Below, piece by piece: positions 58,976 to 64,000 of a stretch of DNA of 64,000 nt. A model generated the notes under the pieces. That model searched no databases, was not told the DNA's origin, and saw nothing but the letters and a program-made list of their open reading frames with translations. Position numbers and translations under genes: made by a program. Source of the DNA: Chthoniobacterales bacterium. Its GTDB lineage: Bacteria; Verrucomicrobiota; Verrucomicrobiia; Chthoniobacterales; Chthoniobacteraceae. The stretch is from positions 96,001 through 160,000 of the forward strand of contig JBBQZX010000003.1 in the NCBI GenBank assembly GCA_038207335.1, written 5' to 3'. Position 1 is the first letter of the stretch. Each line of letters opens with the position of its first letter.

Positions 58976-59440
58976 ATGATAGAATCATCCACCATCGTTC
59001 AAACTGCGCTGCAACATGCCGCAAGCATTCACGTCATTGTGCCGCGCGATGAGGTTCAAAATGTCATGGGGCCTACCATCGGCGAAGTCTTCCGAGCAGT
59101 TGCCGCGCAGGAGGTTTCGCTGACTGGCCCGTGGTTCACGCATCACTTCCGGAGACCTGGTGATACCTTCGATTTTGAAGCGTGCGTACCGGTCGCGACA
59201 CCTATCGCTCCGGTAGGCCGCGTGCAGCCCAGTCAATGGCCGGAAATGCGCGTCGTGCGCACTGTTTATCACGGGCCTTACGAAGGTCTCGGAGAGGCTT
59301 GGGCAGAGTTTCTCGATCGCATCGAAGCGGACGGGCTCAAGATTGCCGAAGACCTTTGGGAATGCTACCTCACTGGTCGCGAGTCGGATTCCGATCCGAC
59401 GCGATGGCGTACGCAACTCAGCAAGCGACTGCTGGACTAG
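58976..59440 (+). CDS. GyrI-like small-molecule-binding domain protein
   Basis: FEACVPV, YHGPYEGLGEAW and WECYLTG. Confidence 0.8.
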   Translation: MIESSTIVQTALQHAASIHVIVPRDEVQNVMGPTIGEVFRAVAAQEVSLTGPWFTHHFRRPGDTFDFEACVPVATPIAPVGRVQPSQWPEMRVVRTVYHGPYEGLGEAWAEFLDRIEADGLKIAEDLWECYLTGRESDSDPTRWRTQLSKRLLD

Positions 59441-59447
59441 GACTGCG

Positions 59448-60155
59448 ATGATGCGTCTTTGGATCGGAACTTCTGGATTCCAGTATCCTGAGTGGAAGGG
59501 GAAATTCTACCCGGAGAAGATGCCGTTGAGCAAGATGCTGTCCTCCTACGCCGAACGGCTGAGCAGCACGGAAAGCAACTACTCCTTTCGCACGATTCCG
59601 AGTCGCAAGACGATCGACAAATGGAGTGCAGCTACGCCGCCGGACTTTCGATTTAGCTTCAAGGCATTGCAGAGAATCACGCATTTCGCGCGGTTGAAGA
59701 ACTGCGCCGAGATCACGCGGGAATTTTACGATGGCATCGCACCGATGGGAGCGAAACTGGGAGCGATGCTATTTCAACTGCCGCCAAACTTCAAACGCGA
59801 CGTGGAGTTGTTGACTGCCTTTCTGAAGCAGCTTCCGAGAAATATGCGCGCGACCTTTGAGTTTCGCCATGAGTCTTGGTTCGAGGACGAAGTCTTTGCC
59901 TGTCTCCGCGACCACAGCGCTGCTCTCTGCATCGCGGAGGATGAGAAGCTCGCGACTCCGCCGGTGGTGACTGCGAGCTTCGGCTACCTGCGTTTGCGTC
60001 GCACCGACTACCAGCGCGCCGACATCGAGCGATGGGTTGAATTCGTGAAGAAGCAGACGATTTGGAATGAAGCGTTTGTCTATTTCAAACACGAAGAGAC
60101 GGGCGTCGGAGCGGAATTCGCTCTGGCATTCCAAGAATTGACAGCGGTGCGGTGA
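59448..60155 (+). CDS. DUF72 family protein
   Basis: IGTSGFQY..W.G.FYP, F.FSFKA..ITH, LFQLPP and FEFRH.SW. Confidence 0.9.
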   Translation: MMRLWIGTSGFQYPEWKGKFYPEKMPLSKMLSSYAERLSSTESNYSFRTIPSRKTIDKWSAATPPDFRFSFKALQRITHFARLKNCAEITREFYDGIAPMGAKLGAMLFQLPPNFKRDVELLTAFLKQLPRNMRATFEFRHESWFEDEVFACLRDHSAALCIAEDEKLATPPVVTASFGYLRLRRTDYQRADIERWVEFVKKQTIWNEAFVYFKHEETGVGAEFALAFQELTAVR

Positions 60156-60225
60156 CACGTTGCGACCAGAGGACTTGCGAGTTTGACAGGGCGCGGAGCG
60201 AGCGGGCAAAGTTGAGAACTTTCCC

Positions 60226-61668
60226 ATGAAAACGCCTCTCCCTGTCCTGCTCGCCACGATTGGTACAATCAGCCTCTCGGGCGCGCTAGCCATTGATTTC
60301 ACGAAGGATGTGCAGCCGATTTTGGAGGGGAATTGCGTGCGGTGTCACAATCCGAAAGGGACGGAATTTGAGAAAGGTGACACGGACCTCGACCTTTCGA
60401 CGCAGGCCACGGCGACGGAGTCCAAATCGACGATCGTCGCGGGTGATGCGTCGAAGAGTAAGCTCTACACGACGACGGTGCTGGGGGATGACGCGAAGAA
60501 GCTGATGCCGCCGAAGAACAAGGTCACGGGAGAGCTGGAGCGCTTGAGCAAAGAGGAGACGGAGACTTTGAAAAGCTGGATCAATGAAGGTGCAAAGTGG
60601 CCTGACGGTGTGACTTTGGTCGCCCGGAAAAAAGAGGTGAGCGGCAAAGGCGCGGGTGCGGAAGCGGCGCTGGTGATCGACATCGGCAAGAGGATCGAGA
60701 TGACTCCGGTGGTGGCGAGCGAGAAGGAGATGAAGTCGTATAAGCAAGTCATCGCGGGTTCCGACGTGAGCTACGAGATGCTGCCGATTCCGGGTGGAAA
60801 ATTCAAGATGGGCAGCCCCGATAGCGAGGTTGGGCACAACGCGGATGAGGCACCGGTGCATGAGGTGGAAATCTTGCCGTTCTGGATGGGGAAGTGCGAG
60901 GTGACTTGGAACGAATTCGAGCTTTTCATGTATCCGAATGAGGAGCGAAAGGCGCGCGAGACGAAGCTGCTGCCGAGCGAACTCAACGCGCTGACGGATG
61001 CGGTGACGCGGCCGACGCAGCCCTATGTCGAGATGAGCTTTGGGATGGGGAAGGATAACTACCCGGCGATCTCAATGACGCAGCACGCGGCTAACAAATA
61101 CTGCGAGTGGCTGAGCGCGAAGACCGGGCAGTTCTACCGTCTGCCGACCGAGGCGGAGTGGGAGTATGCGTGCCGTGCGGGGACCACGACGGCCTACTAC
61201 TGGGGCGACGACGCATCGAAAATCGGAGAGTATTGCTGGTGGGGGAAGAACGCGGATTTTAAGTATCAGAAAGTCGGTCAGAAGAAGCCCAACGCATGGG
61301 GACTGCACGACATGCTGGGCAATGTGGTCGAGTGGTGCATCGACCAATATGAGCCGAATTTCTACGCCAACTCTCCTGCGGTGAATCCGTGGAATAAGGC
61401 GACGAAGCCTTACCCGCACGTGGCGCGCGGAGGTTCATGGGACGATGACGATGCCGCGAAGCTGCGCTCGGCTGCAAGACGCGCATCGGACAAGACTTGG
61501 AAGATTCAGGATCCGCAACTCCCGAAGAGCATCTGGTATCACACGGATGCGCAGTTCCTAGGCTTCCGAATCGTGCGCCCGCTCCGCCCGGCGACGCCAG
61601 CTGAAATGCAGGCCTACTGGAACAGCGGCGTCGAGAAGGACAATCCCGGGCTGAACAAGGCGGAGTAA
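60226..61668 (+). CDS. Planctomycete-type cytochrome c domain + FGE/SUMF1 domain protein
   Basis: DF..DVQPIL..NCVRCH...MPP...WI.EGA; RLPTEAEWEYACRAG, PNAWGLHDMLGNVVEW and GFR. Confidence 0.88.
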   Translation: MKTPLPVLLATIGTISLSGALAIDFTKDVQPILEGNCVRCHNPKGTEFEKGDTDLDLSTQATATESKSTIVAGDASKSKLYTTTVLGDDAKKLMPPKNKVTGELERLSKEETETLKSWINEGAKWPDGVTLVARKKEVSGKGAGAEAALVIDIGKRIEMTPVVASEKEMKSYKQVIAGSDVSYEMLPIPGGKFKMGSPDSEVGHNADEAPVHEVEILPFWMGKCEVTWNEFELFMYPNEERKARETKLLPSELNALTDAVTRPTQPYVEMSFGMGKDNYPAISMTQHAANKYCEWLSAKTGQFYRLPTEAEWEYACRAGTTTAYYWGDDASKIGEYCWWGKNADFKYQKVGQKKPNAWGLHDMLGNVVEWCIDQYEPNFYANSPAVNPWNKATKPYPHVARGGSWDDDDAAKLRSAARRASDKTWKIQDPQLPKSIWYHTDAQFLGFRIVRPLRPATPAEMQAYWNSGVEKDNPGLNKAE

Positions 61669-61717
61669 GTCCGCGCAAGAAAGCTAATTGGCGGCTTAAC
61701 GGGAAGGGTGCCGCGTC

Positions 61718-62974
61718 CTACCGATCGCACTCGCCCATGACGAAATCGAGCGAGCCGAGGATGGCGACGACGTCGCTCATCATGTGGCCGGGGAGGATTT
61801 CGCTGAGGATGCTGAGATTGCAGAAAGACGGGGCGCGGATTTTCAGCCGGTGCGGGGTGCCGCCGCCTTTGCTGTTGATGTAGAAGCCGAGTTCGCCTTT
61901 CGGATTTTCCGCGCCGAAATAAATCTCGCCGGGCGGCACGTCGGGCCCCTCGGTGTGGATGATGAAATGGTGGATGAGCTCCTCCATTTTCGTGAGGACG
62001 GTGGTCTTCGGCGGCGCGAAATTTTTGGCGTCATCGACGTTGATCGGGCCGCCGGGGAGCCTGTCGAGAGCTTGCTCGAGGATGCGGACGGACTGCCGCA
62101 TTTCCTCCATGCGGACGAGGTATCGGTCGTAGCTGTCGCCAGCGCTGCCGATGGGAATGTCAAAGTCGTATTGCTCGTAGCCGAGATACGGGTGTTTTTT
62201 CCGCAGGTCGTGATCGACGCCGGAGCCGCGCAGATTCGGCCCGGAGAGGCCGAAGTCGACGGCCTGCTCTTTGGTGATGATACCGACGTCTTTGGTTCGA
62301 TCCACGAAGATGCGGTTGCGGCTGAGGAGGTTGTCGGTCTCGTCGATGACCGGGACGAATTCGCGCAGGAACTGGCGCAAGCCGGCGATGAATTGCTCGG
62401 AGATGTCCCGGATTTGGCCCCCGACACGCGTGTAGCTGGTCGTGAAGCGCGCGCCGGTGAGCAGCTCGCACAGGTTGTAGATTTTCTCGCGCTCGTTGAA
62501 GGTGTACATGAACACCGTGAGCGCGCCGGTATCCATGGCAAAAGCGCCGAGGCCGAGCAGGTGCGCGGAGATGCGCGACATTTCGCAGCAGATGACGCGG
62601 ATGGCCTGGCCGCGCGGCGGGATCGTCCACCCCATGAGCTTCTCGACGGCGAGGGCGTAGGCGACGTTGTTCGCGAGCGGGGCGAGGTAGTCGAGTCGGT
62701 CCGTGTAGGGCACGAACTGGTTGTAGTGCATGTTCTCCGCGATCTTTTCGTCGCCGCGATGCAGGTATCCGATGTCGGGAGTGGCCTTGGTGATGATCTC
62801 GCCATCCATCTCGAGCACGAGCCGGAGCACGCCGTGCGTGGCGGGGTGCGACGGGCCCATATTGAGGATGAGCTTTTCGCCGAGCATGTCCGTGGTGTGG
62901 CCGGAGTTTTCGAGGCCAGTCTGGATGCGGGCGAGCGTGTCGGGCGCTTCGATTTCTTGAGTGGTGAGAGCCAT
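61718..62974 (-). CDS. nuoD: NADH-quinone oxidoreductase subunit D
   Basis: NMGPSHPATHGVLRL, IGYLHRG.EK, DRLDY, ENPKGELG and DFVMGECDR. Confidence 0.95.
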   Translation of the reverse strand: MALTTQEIEAPDTLARIQTGLENSGHTTDMLGEKLILNMGPSHPATHGVLRLVLEMDGEIITKATPDIGYLHRGDEKIAENMHYNQFVPYTDRLDYLAPLANNVAYALAVEKLMGWTIPPRGQAIRVICCEMSRISAHLLGLGAFAMDTGALTVFMYTFNEREKIYNLCELLTGARFTTSYTRVGGQIRDISEQFIAGLRQFLREFVPVIDETDNLLSRNRIFVDRTKDVGIITKEQAVDFGLSGPNLRGSGVDHDLRKKHPYLGYEQYDFDIPIGSAGDSYDRYLVRMEEMRQSVRILEQALDRLPGGPINVDDAKNFAPPKTTVLTKMEELIHHFIIHTEGPDVPPGEIYFGAENPKGELGFYINSKGGGTPHRLKIRAPSFCNLSILSEILPGHMMSDVVAILGSLDFVMGECDR

Positions 62975-63083
62975 GTGGAGCGGCGCGAATGCGCGGTGGT
63001 GCAAGGTAGTTTTCGCGAAAGAACCCGCGCAAGGGATTTTGTGAAAGATTTCACAAGCGCGGTTTTTGGAGTAGATCGGCGGG

Positions 63084-63965
63084 ATGAAAATTCTCTCTCT
63101 TCTGTTCCTCGCCGTTTGCCTCGCAGGCGGGAGAGCTGTCGCTGTCGAAAGTGCGGATCATTCGGATTCCGCCGAGATCGTTTTGTGGCCGGGTGGCGCG
63201 CCGGGTTCGGAGGGGAAGACGGAGCCGGAGAAAGTGGTCACGTCAGCGAGCGGCGAGCGCACGGTTTCGTCGATTCACAAGCCGTCGATCACGCCATTCT
63301 TGCCTGCGAGAGGGAAGGCGAATGGCGCGGCGGTGCTGGTGATTCCGGGCGGAGGGCACAGCAAATTGTGCGTGGACCACGAGGGGTGCAATGTGGCGCG
63401 GTGGCTGGCGGAGCGGGGGATCGCGGCATTTGTGCTGAAGCATCGGCTCGCGCGTGAGGAAGGCTCGACTTACACAATCGAGGGCCACGCGCTGGCCGAC
63501 ACGCAGCGTGCGATGCGGCTGATCCGGTCGCGCGCGGGCGAGTGGGGGATCGATCCCGCGCGGCTGGGAGCGATCGGATTTTCCGCGGGCGGCGAACTCG
63601 TGGCGCTCGCCGCGATGCGCCCGGGCGAGGGGAGCGCGGATGCCGCGGACGCGATCGATCGGCTGAATGCGCGGCCTGCATTCCAAGCGCTGATCTATCC
63701 GGGGCGCTCCGGCGACATTCAGCCGGAAAAGGGCACGCCGCCCGCTTTCCTGGCGTGCTCGACGAATGATCGTAAAGACATCTCGGAGGGACTCGCCGAG
63801 GCTTATTTGCGTTTCAAGCGGGTCGGTGCATCCGCGGAGTTGCACGTCTATGCGACTGGTGGTCACGGCTTTGGACTGCGCGCGGGCATGACCGGACCGC
63901 TCGCCGGTTGGCCGGATCGCTTTTTGGAGTGGCTGGACAGCCAGCACTTTCTCGCTGCGAAATAG
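63084..63965 (+). CDS. Secreted alpha/beta hydrolase (xylan esterase/lipase-like)
   Basis: Signal peptide; PGGG, GFSAGG nucleophile elbow and GGHGFG. Confidence 0.88.
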   Translation: MKILSLLFLAVCLAGGRAVAVESADHSDSAEIVLWPGGAPGSEGKTEPEKVVTSASGERTVSSIHKPSITPFLPARGKANGAAVLVIPGGGHSKLCVDHEGCNVARWLAERGIAAFVLKHRLAREEGSTYTIEGHALADTQRAMRLIRSRAGEWGIDPARLGAIGFSAGGELVALAAMRPGEGSADAADAIDRLNARPAFQALIYPGRSGDIQPEKGTPPAFLACSTNDRKDISEGLAEAYLRFKRVGASAELHVYATGGHGFGLRAGMTGPLAGWPDRFLEWLDSQHFLAAK

Positions 63966-64000
63966 GCGTTGCGAGTTGAGCGGTTGGACGCGTTACACTT

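Noticed and set aside
61718..62974. [NiFe]-hydrogenase large subunit
   Set aside because: No N- or C-terminal CxxC nickel ligands; typical NuoD motifs present
1..64000. Many long antisense/alternate-frame ORFs (e.g. 20562-22850, 29690-31198, 38977-40686, 61784-63457)
   Set aside because: Expected shadows of high-GC codon bias opposite well-supported genes; no motifs

Overview
High-GC bacterial window, most likely Verrucomicrobiota (Chthoniobacter/Spartobacteria-like). This is inferred from PEP-CTERM, PVC-type heme CxxCH, DUF1501, prepilin/H-X9-DG and planctomycete-cytochrome/FGE proteins. Most of it is housekeeping (folP, hisJ-like PHP, secDF-yajC, larE, chdC/hemQ, folB, purD, uvrD/pcrA, rplA-J-L, aat, guaA, nuoD) plus large secreted proteins. 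The clearest non-annotated structure is a small integron-type cassette array without integrase (CALIN) at about 16142-17995: three related attC sites, cassettes bounded by complementary core sites, and one cassette carrying a PEP-CTERM sorting-signal remnant too short for the ORF track. Other points of interest: (1) a Zn-peptidase/ECF sigma/anti-sigma/HtrA cluster whose HtrA lacks all three catalytic residues; (2) two more apparent pseudo-proteases; (3) an Rrf2 repressor with a perfect TGTAACC-N5-GGTTACA operator ahead of a KamA-family radical SAM gene; (4) a lipoprotein-lipoprotein-(DPBB+DUF2272) putative cell-wall hydrolase operon; (5) a degenerate 21-bp-period intergenic array; (6) a probable CTG start codon; (7) broken conserved operons (rplA without rplK, rplL without rpoB, solitary nuoD). 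No rRNA, tRNA, CRISPR or transposase was recognised. All family calls come from visual motif recognition, not database searches.
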